A stretch of DNA of 64,000 bases from Andalucia godoyi And28. Lineage: Eukaryota; Protista; Jakobida. Each line of letters begins with the position of its first letter. The stretch's first letter is position 1. The notes under the pieces were generated by a model. That model was not told the origin of the DNA, ran no database searches, and worked only from the letters and a program-made list of their open reading frames with translations. The stretch is from assembly GCA_009859145.1 (NCBI GenBank), contig VRVR01000009.1:62001-126000 (forward strand). The letters are read 5' to 3'. The position numbers and the translations under genes are program-made. Of this stretch, positions 30,648-39,905 are shown in pieces.

Positions 30648-33344
30648 TCACAAAAAGCGAACAACAGACTGGGGATAGGTGTCATCAAACGACCTGCAAT
30701 ACTGCGGCTGGATACCGCAGTCGCTGCACGTTCTGTTATTCGGAACGACATCTCGGAGAAGAGACTTGTACTTTGTGAGCGCCTTGGCCGGCCCAAGAAC
30801 GTGCTTCCCTCGCTTTTCACGATACTTCGCAGACCAGTCGTGCGGTGGCAAAAGATCCATTAAGGTTACAGACACGTCGTGGCCACTGAATCTGTTTCCT
30901 GATCTCTCGTTTTCCCGCATTGTGTCAAGAAGATGCTGAGGGAAATCAAGCGGGAGCGACATGAACAGCATTGTGAATTCATGAGAATAGTCCCACTCGT
31001 TATAATGTAGGCCATGGTCTGAGAGCAAAATGATGATGGCCCGCGGATGGTCCACAAACAGGCGATCAAGGGCAGCTGCAAAGGGCTTGTCGTACAAATC
31101 GAGAAGCTGCGGAAGCCGAGTATGGGCTTCGTAGACGTGTCCAATGAACAGCTTCGGCTGGTCCGTAGGCCGGTTGTGATGCGCATCAAGACGGCGATCC
31201 AAAAAATCGTGCATAAAGCTCAAACGAAGGTGATACGGATCAGACCCGGCCAGGCAATGCATTCCATAATCATTGAATGGATGCCAGCCAGGGTGGCAAA
31301 ATGGGGCTACCATCGTCGCATCTGCTCTTTGCTCAACCATCCAGTCCCCATCACCATGAACATGCCTCGGATCTTCATCAAGAAGAACGAAGGAGTGGTT
31401 CGCAGGAAAATTGTAGGAAACACGAGGAGCAGGAGCGCCGCCACAGTCTTCATCATAGAATCCAAACGAATAGCCCCCGACTTCCCGGTAAAAGTCTCCA
31501 GTGTACGGAAACAACTGTGGATTCGCGTCGCGCTGAGCTGGTGATTCAGCTCCCGAAAACAGCGGCATCTGGTTGGGAAGCGAGTTTGCGGCAATAGCAC
31601 GGTATCCTGAAAAATTAAAATAATGCGCATTGGGACGCTCTTGGAAGCGAACATACGATTCCTTCATTCGTTCCGCAAACCAGAACCGATCCAGCGCATC
31701 AAAATTCCACAGAATAATATCCCACGGCTGGCTGTTGCTGAAATCGTCGGATGCAGGCTTTGGTCGAGATTTCGAGCGATGCTTCTTCGATTTTGATTCC
31801 TCTCGAGAGGTGACATCCTTTGTGCGCTCCTTGTGTTGTTTTTTCCGTTTCAGATTGGTTTGTGGCACAAAGAATACTTGTTCTCGAAATCCCAAAAACG
31901 GATGGACACACTGTACAGCAGCATAGCCATGGGGAATCTGCAACGCATATGTGTTCTTGAACAGCGACACAGTATGAATGTTCCACGGAAACGCATCTGC
32001 CGACTCCGCCAACAGATACCTGGTTGGCTCACCCCATTCATCAAACATTCGATCACGAAACATCACGGTGAAAGGGCAGCGGCTCGCATCCACAAACCCG
32101 CTGTATCGCTCAAGCCTCGCAATGTGACTACGCTTGCACGATCCAACAAACCGGTCAAACATCCAATTTTCCGTGCATCCCATGTCCAATTTGTACCGAA
32201 TGGAAACAGCTGACGCCACAAGCAATGCCAACAAACACAAACACCGCAATGCCGCTCGCCGAACCAGCATGGCTCGTCGCAAAACGTAGGCTGCAAACAC
32301 GGCCAACGCGAAAAACGGAATCGGCTTGATCTTTGTAAACACAAGCAGTGGAAGACCAATAAACGCTCTCACCGCAAACCCGGCCACCTGGACCTTGTAG
32401 TTTGCAAGATCGGTATTCCGGTCATCAATTTCCGGGGTAGGAACTGCGGACCCATCGCTGTACGGAGATGGTAACCGCGGCGACTTGTCTGCGTCATCAC
32501 TAAGATAATCGGAAGGTGAAACTGCCGATGATTCGGTACTGAAGGGAAGAAGCGAAAAGCCCAAGGGGTTCATGCGCATTGTGCTATACCGAGCAGAATA
32601 GGAACATTGTGTGCTGCAATACGATTGAACACCGTCGGCCATCACCACCGCTGCCGCTTCCGTTCCGGCTAAATACAATAACGGCAACAGTAGCCAGTGA
32701 TGTGTGCTAAACAAACTTCCATCGCTGCAAAAATGCTTGATCAGCACGGATATCACACAAAACGCCACAAAAACTGCAGAATGCACAACGGACACGTGCG
32801 ATCCAAGCCTCCGATTTATATTGGAAAACACCGCAACAAGCCCAAATGGCGACAGTCCAAGAAGCATCAAAGCAATCTGGACCCCATGCTTGAACACAAT
32901 GCGAGAAACGAACGGAATTCTAGGGGTGAGTTCCTCCGGCGCAACGATCCAATACGAATCATCGATCCGCCCAGTGACGACAACCATATACATCGCACAC
33001 ACCATGATCGCTACCATTGGCCCGATGAGCCATTCCCTGAAGGCCAGGAACATTTCCTTGATCCGGGGGAGCAGAAACGCAAAGAAAATCTGTACAAATC
33101 CACCGCAATTCCTCATCACGGCCAAAACACCGTTCTGCAACGGTCGATTATCCGAAAGGACAGACGAAAAGGACAACAGGTGTCGATGATTGAACCATAC
33201 ATAGACTGAAAAGAGAAGAAACACGACAATGTGAAAATGAAAGCTGAAGACGGACGTGTGTGACAAATAAAGCGTACACAGTCCCGCAAAGTTTGGCACA
33301 CTTGTAACCCAACGAACTGCGAATCGACTATAAGCATCTGACAT
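30648..33344 (-). CDS. Multi-pass membrane protein with C-terminal DUF229-type alkaline-phosphatase-superfamily domain
   Basis: Many TM segments in the first ~380 aa. Then IILWNFDALDRFWFAERM, FNFSGYRAIAANSLPNQMPLFSG, HVYEAH and IIILLSDHGLHY, matching the recalled DUF229 pattern (D-S-.SR, F.GY..V..NT.PN..PLL.G, SDHG). Confidence 0.75.
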   Translation of the reverse strand: MSDAYSRFAVRWVTSVPNFAGLCTLYLSHTSVFSFHFHIVVFLLFSVYVWFNHRHLLSFSSVLSDNRPLQNGVLAVMRNCGGFVQIFFAFLLPRIKEMFLAFREWLIGPMVAIMVCAMYMVVVTGRIDDSYWIVAPEELTPRIPFVSRIVFKHGVQIALMLLGLSPFGLVAVFSNINRRLGSHVSVVHSAVFVAFCVISVLIKHFCSDGSLFSTHHWLLLPLLYLAGTEAAAVVMADGVQSYCSTQCSYSARYSTMRMNPLGFSLLPFSTESSAVSPSDYLSDDADKSPRLPSPYSDGSAVPTPEIDDRNTDLANYKVQVAGFAVRAFIGLPLLVFTKIKPIPFFALAVFAAYVLRRAMLVRRAALRCLCLLALLVASAVSIRYKLDMGCTENWMFDRFVGSCKRSHIARLERYSGFVDASRCPFTVMFRDRMFDEWGEPTRYLLAESADAFPWNIHTVSLFKNTYALQIPHGYAAVQCVHPFLGFREQVFFVPQTNLKRKKQHKERTKDVTSREESKSKKHRSKSRPKPASDDFSNSQPWDIILWNFDALDRFWFAERMKESYVRFQERPNAHYFNFSGYRAIAANSLPNQMPLFSGAESPAQRDANPQLFPYTGDFYREVGGYSFGFYDEDCGGAPAPRVSYNFPANHSFVLLDEDPRHVHGDGDWMVEQRADATMVAPFCHPGWHPFNDYGMHCLAGSDPYHLRLSFMHDFLDRRLDAHHNRPTDQPKLFIGHVYEAHTRLPQLLDLYDKPFAAALDRLFVDHPRAIIILLSDHGLHYNEWDYSHEFTMLFMSLPLDFPQHLLDTMRENERSGNRFSGHDVSVTLMDLLPPHDWSAKYREKRGKHVLGPAKALTKYKSLLRDVVPNNRTCSDCGIQPQYCRSFDDTYPQSVVRFL

Positions 33345-33390
33345 CTTGGCTGATCGCCGTTCTCTACTTTCTATCTTCTTAACGAGATTC

Positions 33391-33393
<3 letters not shown>

Positions 33394-33414
<21 letters not shown>
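33394..33414. repeat. (TC)n microsatellite, read as (GA)n on the sense strand upstream of the DUF229 gene
   Basis: Direct reading; about 50 nt upstream of ATG 33344. Confidence 0.9.
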
Positions 33415-33421
<7 letters not shown>

Positions 33422-34053
33422 CTTGATTTGTGTAGTGGGATTTGTCCTCAGTCGGCCTGAGTTAAATGGATCGAGGTTGTTTCCACACACGATGAAACAG
33501 CCTTTTGTGAGGGTTCATACAAAAGACGTCTGAAGCACTTTACAGTTGGCGCATAGCCGGCGTCATGCAGTTAAGAACGGAGGCTCAGCGGGGTCTATGG
33601 AGGACGGAGTGGCTGCCCTTTTCCCGTGTGCTGTTGGACAACGCGCTCGGTGTCGTGCCGACGTGATAATGATGGTGACGGGAATTCTGTGCGGACGCAG
33701 CGGAGTCTTCCGTTGGCCCTCCAGCGACGCAAGGTAACACAGCTGAGAGACCATTGGGTTTTGCGCTGGTACGACAAAGCACTCAGCGCTCCACCGTCCA
33801 TACTTCCACGGACTGACCTGGAGGCCCCCCAAAAAAGCCTGTTACAAAGATTGTTGTAAACCTCTTCTTATTTTTTTTTTTTTTTTACCCTCTCATGTAG
33901 CTCTGCATCCGCCATCAACACACAACAGGCACACTCGAACAGTATCATCAACCAAATCATACGGTATTATTTTTTCCCTTGCAGGTTGGATTAAACGGTC
34001 CCATTATTACACAATTGCGGCATTTTCCTTTTCTGACGCACCAGAAAGGCGTC

Positions 34054-34647
34054 ATGTTGCCACCATTGTCTGCTTGCGCAGCTCAGATAATGCGCATCGA
34101 CTGCTTCGCAATCTGTCTGCGAAGACCGGCCTCATTCCCGTTCACATTAACGAACGGATTGACAACATCACGGCCAGACACCAGAAAAATTCGTGTTGCT
34201 AGTACCGGTGCTGGTGCTGCTTGCCAGAGCGTCATTGTGCATCTTGATCCAGAAGTTCTGGAGCCATGTATCCAATTCAACCAGCTTCCCGCCTGCCGCA
34301 CCTCCTCCCCTGGATCGACAACGACGATGGTTGTGTTTCAAAAGGTCGCGATACGTCAAAATCTAGGAGAACGGGCTCGAGGCTGCGGCAGCTCCCGAGT
34401 GTCCCGCCCTCTGCACCGCTTCGGAACCCAATACTCCGTGAGTGGGCATCGAGGTGTGCAAAACCCAGACGATGCAGGCTTCGCAGCCCAAGAAGACGTT
34501 TTCAAGGACATGTCCAAACGACTCCTCTCGTACACACCAGGCATCGAGGCGTCCAAATCGCGGCCGATCATCTTGGAGCGGGGGCACCAACGCTCGAAAC
34601 AGCAGCGGCCATCCTTGCGTATCTCGCTCAACTGCTCGAGAAAATGA
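34054..34647 (+). CDS. Hypothetical protein (~197 aa), unassigned
   Basis: Longest ORF in an otherwise unexplained gap, with the first ATG at 34054. No recognisable motif, and the exon structure is uncertain. Confidence 0.3.
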   Translation: MLPPLSACAAQIMRIDCFAICLRRPASFPFTLTNGLTTSRPDTRKIRVASTGAGAACQSVIVHLDPEVLEPCIQFNQLPACRTSSPGSTTTMVVFQKVAIRQNLGERARGCGSSRVSRPLHRFGTQYSVSGHRGVQNPDDAGFAAQEDVFKDMSKRLLSYTPGIEASKSRPIILERGHQRSKQQRPSLRISLNCSRK

Positions 34648-34867
34648 AGCTAATCATCAGGCTGTTCCTATGTCTTCCTGGAGCAGCATTTCCCCCAATG
34701 GATTCTTAGATGGACTGAAATGCAGCTGGGGGAGCAAGCATCAAGCCTCAAGAAACCATCCTGACGAAACACCCAATGCTGCTGCTTATTTTCCTTGTTT
34801 GTGGATGATGATGATGATGATGATTATTTCATTGTTGTGCTGTTTACGGTGCTGGAGCGCTGGACAG

Positions 34868-35806
34868 ATGCACCAGAGAAGCCGCATCCTGTCCGTGTAT
34901 CGGTCATTGTTGCGGTCATCACGAAGCTTCCCGACTGCACAAGTATGGCTTCTTTTTTCTTTTTCTTTTCCTTGTCAAAAACTCTTTCCCAGTCGCCCTT
35001 AACGTTCTGTGCATTTTAATCCATGTTCATTGATTTTTTTTTTATGTTTACGGTTTCCTTTTCTGCAGGGTCGAGCGGTGATTCCATTGCGCATTCGAAA
35101 TGGCTTTCGAGAACACATGTCGGAAAGCGATGGCAGAGCTGTGGAGGCTTTGCTTGCCACCGCGGATGCACATCTGTCGTACATGGAGCTCAAAGAGACC
35201 GATTTACGGTCGTTGAAAAGTCGGAGAATCCAGCATCCGTCGAGAAGAGGCGAAGTGTGGATCGAGGAGGATGGACAGCCAGCCGTGGAGGTGCCGGACC
35301 GCGCCAAGATGCAAAAGGAGTCGGAGCGCTGGACGCTGTCGTACTTGGACTTGATTCAATCGATCCAGCCCTCCCCAGGTTTCCAGTACCACATCGCCAC
35401 AAAACCTTCTGACGCACCGCTGGTATGGCCGCCGGCAGCCCAGCGACCCACGCACAATGCCCACCTGTACGCTCGGGACCCGTCCATCCATGTCGACCAG
35501 TCTGTCGCGTCCGAACGCCGATCCATTGTTGGTGATTTGCACACGTCATACTCGGAGCTTCCGCTCATGGACTTCAAAATGGCAGACCTCGAGGGAAACC
35601 GCCTCCGGCTACAGCACGCAAAAACCCTCGAGGACGATGGATCCAGAATGTCCGCAATGATCGAAGCCTTCTTAAAAGAGAAATTCGGAATCCAAGCTCC
35701 GTCAGCCATAGATGACGAAACCTTTGAAAGGGAACTCGCTGCTGCGGCTGCCGATAAGATCGCAGAGCTCAAGAAAAAACACGATATGGAAGACGACCTG
35801 TTGTAA
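34868..35806 (+). CDS. LYR-motif (Complex1_LYR family) protein with long C-terminal extension; join(34868..34942,35069..35806), ~270 aa
   Basis: The spliced N-terminus MHQRSRILSVYRSLLRSSRSFPTAQ|GRAVIPLRIRNGFREH fits the LYR pattern L.[L/V]YR.LLR....F.......RIR..FR. Confidence 0.82.
34943..35068 (+). other. Spliceosomal intron (126 nt, phase 0) in the LYR gene
   Basis: GTATGG donor, T-rich body, TTAAC branch-like motif and TTTTCTGCAG acceptor. Removal restores a contiguous LYR domain. Confidence 0.85.
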
Positions 35807-35817
35807 AGATATCCTTT

Positions 35818-35879
35818 TTTCCCGCGGCATTTCCAAAAATTTGCCCGTTAAAATTTCTTTCTTTCCCTTTTCTTTCAAA
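35818..35879. promoter_or_regulatory. Cluster of E2F-like (TTTCCCGC), MSA/Myb-like (CCGTTAAAA) and CHR-like (TTCAAA) motifs
   Basis: TTTCCCGC at 35818-35825, CCGTTAAAA at 35845-35853 and TTCAAA at 35874-35879, 230-290 bp upstream of the Ki-67-like ATG. Function is inferred. Confidence 0.3.
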
Positions 35880-36107
35880 GTCTCTCTTTTTCGTCTTTTC
35901 ATCGTTATTGCGTTTGCTATCCTTTCATTTTCATTTTATAATCTCAGTTTCCTTTTTTTCCCTTCCTCTTTTCATTTATTCATTTGTTGTTGTTTTTCTT
36001 CTTTTGTTATAAATTATTCCTTCTCAAGAGATTTCTCGTAACTTTTGACTAACCATCTTCACCCCGCCCCTCTCTCCTTCTCTCTTACGCATACTAATCT
36101 CTCAAGA

Positions 36108-39100
36108 ATGAGCGAGATTATTGTTGGACGGATTGTGTGTCTGAAGAAAGACGGGACTTTTGGACCGAAAATCGATGTGTCTGATTCGGACTCGACCCTC
36201 GTTTTTGGGCGATCTGTCGAAAGCGACATATGCATCAAGCTTCCAGAGGTCTCCCGGAAACACGCCTTGCTTGAAAAAGACGGTTCTGGAAATTTGTGGA
36301 TTGAAAATGCGAGCAAAACCGGCCAAACGCTCGTCAATCATGCGCCAGTGTCTCACAAAACCATGCTGAAGTCACGAGATTTGGTGACGATTGGAAGCCG
36401 GTCTTTCTTGTACTTTACAAAGCAGGAAGTCGAGTTTGGCGACGCAGACACCCCAATGCGGGCGGCACTGTCGGAATCAACACCGTTATTGAACATCAGT
36501 CATACTGTTGCAAATTCAGCGTCGAAGAAGCAGAAGTCAACGTCGCCGTTATCGTCGGCCGAAAAGCACCAGGAAGAAAATGGAGACGCAGTTTCAAAGG
36601 AGAACCAAAACATCTCTGCGGTCCTTTCGCCAATTCGGTCGTCTGCAAAAAGCATGAACGTGTCCGGTATTGAATCCGCAAAGAAGCAGCAGCTTCCAAA
36701 GACCCCCCTGCCAAATGCTGAAGAACCAGAGCAGCGGCCATCGCAAGCCGTGCAAGAAGAAAAGGAGGCAGAAGGGGTAAAAAGGACTTTGCCCACACCG
36801 GTTCGAAAGGAAATTCAGAGTCGTGCAAAGCAGGCTGAGGAATCCAGACCGACCGCCACTCAGACACCGGCTCGAACTCCTGCTGCGTCAAAAAGTACGC
36901 CGCTGACTCCGGCTTCCGTCTCTTCGGGTCCTTCCGTTTCCTCCATCTCTGGTTCGCAGCAGCAGTCTGCAAGAAAGTCTGTATCCACACCCGCTGCTGT
37001 CGTCGAGCAAGGCCAGTCGCAAGGCGGAAAGGAGACAGAGCACCAGCAGCAACAAGAGCAAGAGGATGCTGATGAGAGTTTGGAGGTTGTAAATATGCAC
37101 GTTCCGTCTCCAATTGTGGAGCTTGTCTTGTCTGCGCGTCGCATTCGCATTCCGTCGTCTGTGAGACGGTCTGCCGTGAAGAGTTCAAGCAAGAAGATTA
37201 GACAGTTGCAGATGCAAGCTGAAGAGATCGAGGAAGTTTCGAAGCCGCAATCTGAGGTCAAACCGATTCTGAAAAAGACTCCTGTGGCGATGCCTCTTTC
37301 TACTTCAAAGAAGCAGATCACGTTTGGGAATTCCAGTGTCAAGGACTTTGAAAAGGAAAACAACACAATGGATATTCAAGAGCGTGATGAGTCCATCCAG
37401 CGTATCTTGTTTGATGAAAAAGGTGCGCAAGAGGAGGACGAAGACGCGTCCATTGTTTCTGGCGAAGAACAGGAAGACGCGGAGGAAAAGGAACAGGAAC
37501 ACCTGGAGGAAGAAGACGACGATGACGACGATGATGGTTATGAACATGTTCACCGAGAGGAAGAGAAAGAGACCGCCGCTGCAGACAAGTACAAGAAGCT
37601 GGCAACACCACTTCGTGCAGAGATTGCAGAACGAGTGCAGAATCGTGATTCTCGAAAGCAGTCATTGGACGAGAAGCAGCAACGAATGAAGACTCCGATG
37701 AAGGCTGAGTTGTCCGAAGCTGCTGCGCAAGTTGCGGCTCGTGAGCAAGAAAAGAAGGCTCGAAAGCTGTCCACGCCCATCAAATTCGAACTCCAGGATG
37801 CGGCGTCGAAGAGGGTGGAACACATCCAGAAAATTACCAGTGCAATGGAAAAGATGAATACCCCTGTGAAAAAGGCGATCGAGGAAAAGGCTGCACAAGT
37901 GCAGCAGCAGATTGCAGAAAGAAAGATTGACAAGAAGGCTGTCAATACTCCGATGAAAACTGAGCTGAAGAGAAGAGCAGATGAGATTTCCCAATCAATT
38001 TCCTCCAAGATCGAGGATCGCGAAGCCAAACGAATTGCAACACCTGTCAAACAGGAGATCGCGAATGCTGCGTCTCGTGTCGCAGAGGAAATCCGTGCGA
38101 AGAAGGATGTGAAGGTCCTCACTTCGACTCCCATGCGTAAGGAGATTGCCTCCAAGGCAGTAGTTGTTTCCGAGGCGGCTGCCGTCAAGGTCACTTCCGT
38201 GCAGAACGCCGTGGTCGTTTCCGATGCTCTTCGCAATGAAATTCGAAAAGAAGCCACAGATATGGCGCGTCGTCTTGACGCACGTGCCCAGGATCTGGCC
38301 CACGGACCCGCAGTCACAAAGGACTTAAAGACAGATATTGCGAAGAAGGCAGCTGTGGTGACCGAGATCATTGCAATGAAAAAACAGGAAATCGATGCAG
38401 CACCAAAAGTCGACGCGCAACTCAAGAAGGAACTCGTCACAAAGGCTCCTGCAGTCATCAGGTTCATCGAGACAAAGAAGGCGGAGCTGGAGAACGCACC
38501 CCGCGTTTCCAAAGAGCTGAAGAAGGATCTGGCTGCAAAGTCTGCTGAAGTTGCCGCGTTGGTGGAGGCGAAGAAGTCCGAGTTGCAGAATGCTGCAAAG
38601 GTTCCTGGGCCCCTCAAGAAGGACTTGGCAACCAAGGCGACAGCCATGCAACAGTCGATTGCCGAGAAGAAGGCACAGCTGGAGAATAACCCCAAGCTAG
38701 ACGCATTGATGAAGAAGGAAGTGATCTCCAAATCTGCAGAGGTTTCTACAAAGATCCTGTCCAGCAAGGCCGCTCTCGAGGCTGCTGCTTTCATGGTCCC
38801 TGCCCAGTTGAAGGCATCCGTCACCGAGACGGCCGCCCAGGTATCGAGTCGTATCAATGCACTGAGGGACGAGATGATTTCACACACCTTGCTCTCCCCT
38901 GTTCGACGAGAGATCAAAAAGGGAGTTTCGCTGAAGACTGTCCCTGTGCTGGTTGCCGCGAAAGAAAATGCTACTGTTGCTGTGGCTGCTCGTGCCGATG
39001 CCGCTTCTGATCCTGTTGTCAGGGCTCCCGCAAAGGAATCTCCATCACCCAAGACCCCTGCGAACGCCAGCGTCCGCACTCCTGCAAAGGAAGTCCCTGC

Positions 39101-39905
39101 CATGTCTACCCCGACGAATGCAGACGAAACGACCGCTTCTCGTACACCCGCCAAAGCCGTGATCGAGTCCGTGCACGAAGCCGTGCAGGCTCCGGAAGCA
39201 GCTGCGCCAGCCAAGAAATCTCGTTCTCGCAAGACTGCGCCAAAGGAAAGTGCTCCCGAGCCGATGCCGGTCACGGAAGTCCCTTCGATCGTTGAGCAGG
39301 AGCCTGAAGTTGCGCCAAAGCCCGCAAAACGTTCGCGAGCCGCAAAAGCTGTCGCTGCGGTCCAGGAGATTCCGGTTGCTGCTATCGCGGAAGCCGTTCC
39401 AGAGCCTGTTGTCGAAGTGCCGGCTGCCAAGAGATCTCGAAAGTCTACAAAGGCAGCAGAATCTGTTGTTGACCCGGAGCCTGTTGCGGCGCCGGTGGTT
39501 GAGGAAGCGGTCGCAAAGAAGCGCGGTGGAAGAAAGGCTGCCGCTCTTGTAGTGGAGATGCCGGCACCTGTGGTTGCTGAGTCTGAACCTGAAGTTATTC
39601 AGGAGGAGACGGTGGTCGCAAAGAAGGCCAGTGCCCGCGGCCGCAAGCGCGTTGTGGAAGACGGAGAAGCACCTGCTGCAACCATTCCCGAAGCCGCCGC
39701 TGAAGAGCCTGTCGTTCGTGCAAAGCGCACTTCACGAAAGACTGTCGTTTCCGAAGTAGTCGTCGAGCCTGCGGTCATCGTTGCAGAAGTGAAGGAGAAG
39801 CAAAAGAGAGCGTCTCGTGCACAACCAGTCGTGGAAGAAGAGCACGTCGAAGAGCCTGTTGCACCTCGCCGAACAACTCGCGGTGCCCGATTAACCAAGG
39901 CATAA
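36108..39905 (+). CDS. FHA-domain protein with Ki-67-like architecture (~1265 aa)
   Basis: N-terminal FHA (RIVCLKKDGTFGP...FGRSVESDICIKLPEVSRKH...TLVN...LKSRDLVTIGSRSFLY), KPILKK plus KQITF PP1-docking motifs, ~16 helical repeats and a basic/acidic C-terminal tail. The track start at 36045 is TTG; the ATG is at 36108. Confidence 0.88.
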   Translation: MSEIIVGRIVCLKKDGTFGPKIDVSDSDSTLVFGRSVESDICIKLPEVSRKHALLEKDGSGNLWIENASKTGQTLVNHAPVSHKTMLKSRDLVTIGSRSFLYFTKQEVEFGDADTPMRAALSESTPLLNISHTVANSASKKQKSTSPLSSAEKHQEENGDAVSKENQNISAVLSPIRSSAKSMNVSGIESAKKQQLPKTPLPNAEEPEQRPSQAVQEEKEAEGVKRTLPTPVRKEIQSRAKQAEESRPTATQTPARTPAASKSTPLTPASVSSGPSVSSISGSQQQSARKSVSTPAAVVEQGQSQGGKETEHQQQQEQEDADESLEVVNMHVPSPIVELVLSARRIRIPSSVRRSAVKSSSKKIRQLQMQAEEIEEVSKPQSEVKPILKKTPVAMPLSTSKKQITFGNSSVKDFEKENNTMDIQERDESIQRILFDEKGAQEEDEDASIVSGEEQEDAEEKEQEHLEEEDDDDDDDGYEHVHREEEKETAAADKYKKLATPLRAEIAERVQNRDSRKQSLDEKQQRMKTPMKAELSEAAAQVAAREQEKKARKLSTPIKFELQDAASKRVEHIQKITSAMEKMNTPVKKAIEEKAAQVQQQIAERKIDKKAVNTPMKTELKRRADEISQSISSKIEDREAKRIATPVKQEIANAASRVAEEIRAKKDVKVLTSTPMRKEIASKAVVVSEAAAVKVTSVQNAVVVSDALRNEIRKEATDMARRLDARAQDLAHGPAVTKDLKTDIAKKAAVVTEIIAMKKQEIDAAPKVDAQLKKELVTKAPAVIRFIETKKAELENAPRVSKELKKDLAAKSAEVAALVEAKKSELQNAAKVPGPLKKDLATKATAMQQSIAEKKAQLENNPKLDALMKKEVISKSAEVSTKILSSKAALEAAAFMVPAQLKASVTETAAQVSSRINALRDEMISHTLLSPVRREIKKGVSLKTVPVLVAAKENATVAVAARADAASDPVVRAPAKESPSPKTPANASVRTPAKEVPAMSTPTNADETTASRTPAKAVIESVHEAVQAPEAAAPAKKSRSRKTAPKESAPEPMPVTEVPSIVEQEPEVAPKPAKRSRAAKAVAAVQEIPVAAIAEAVPEPVVEVPAAKRSRKSTKAAESVVDPEPVAAPVVEEAVAKKRGGRKAAALVVEMPAPVVAESEPEVIQEETVVAKKASARGRKRVVEDGEAPAATIPEAAAEEPVVRAKRTSRKTVVSEVVVEPAVIVAEVKEKQKRASRAQPVVEEEHVEEPVAPRRTTRGARLTKA

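Noticed and set aside
37550-39430. 626-aa antisense ORF
   Set aside because: Shadow frame of the Ala/Lys/Glu-rich repeat region of the Ki-67-like gene. It is A/S/F/T-rich with no motif.
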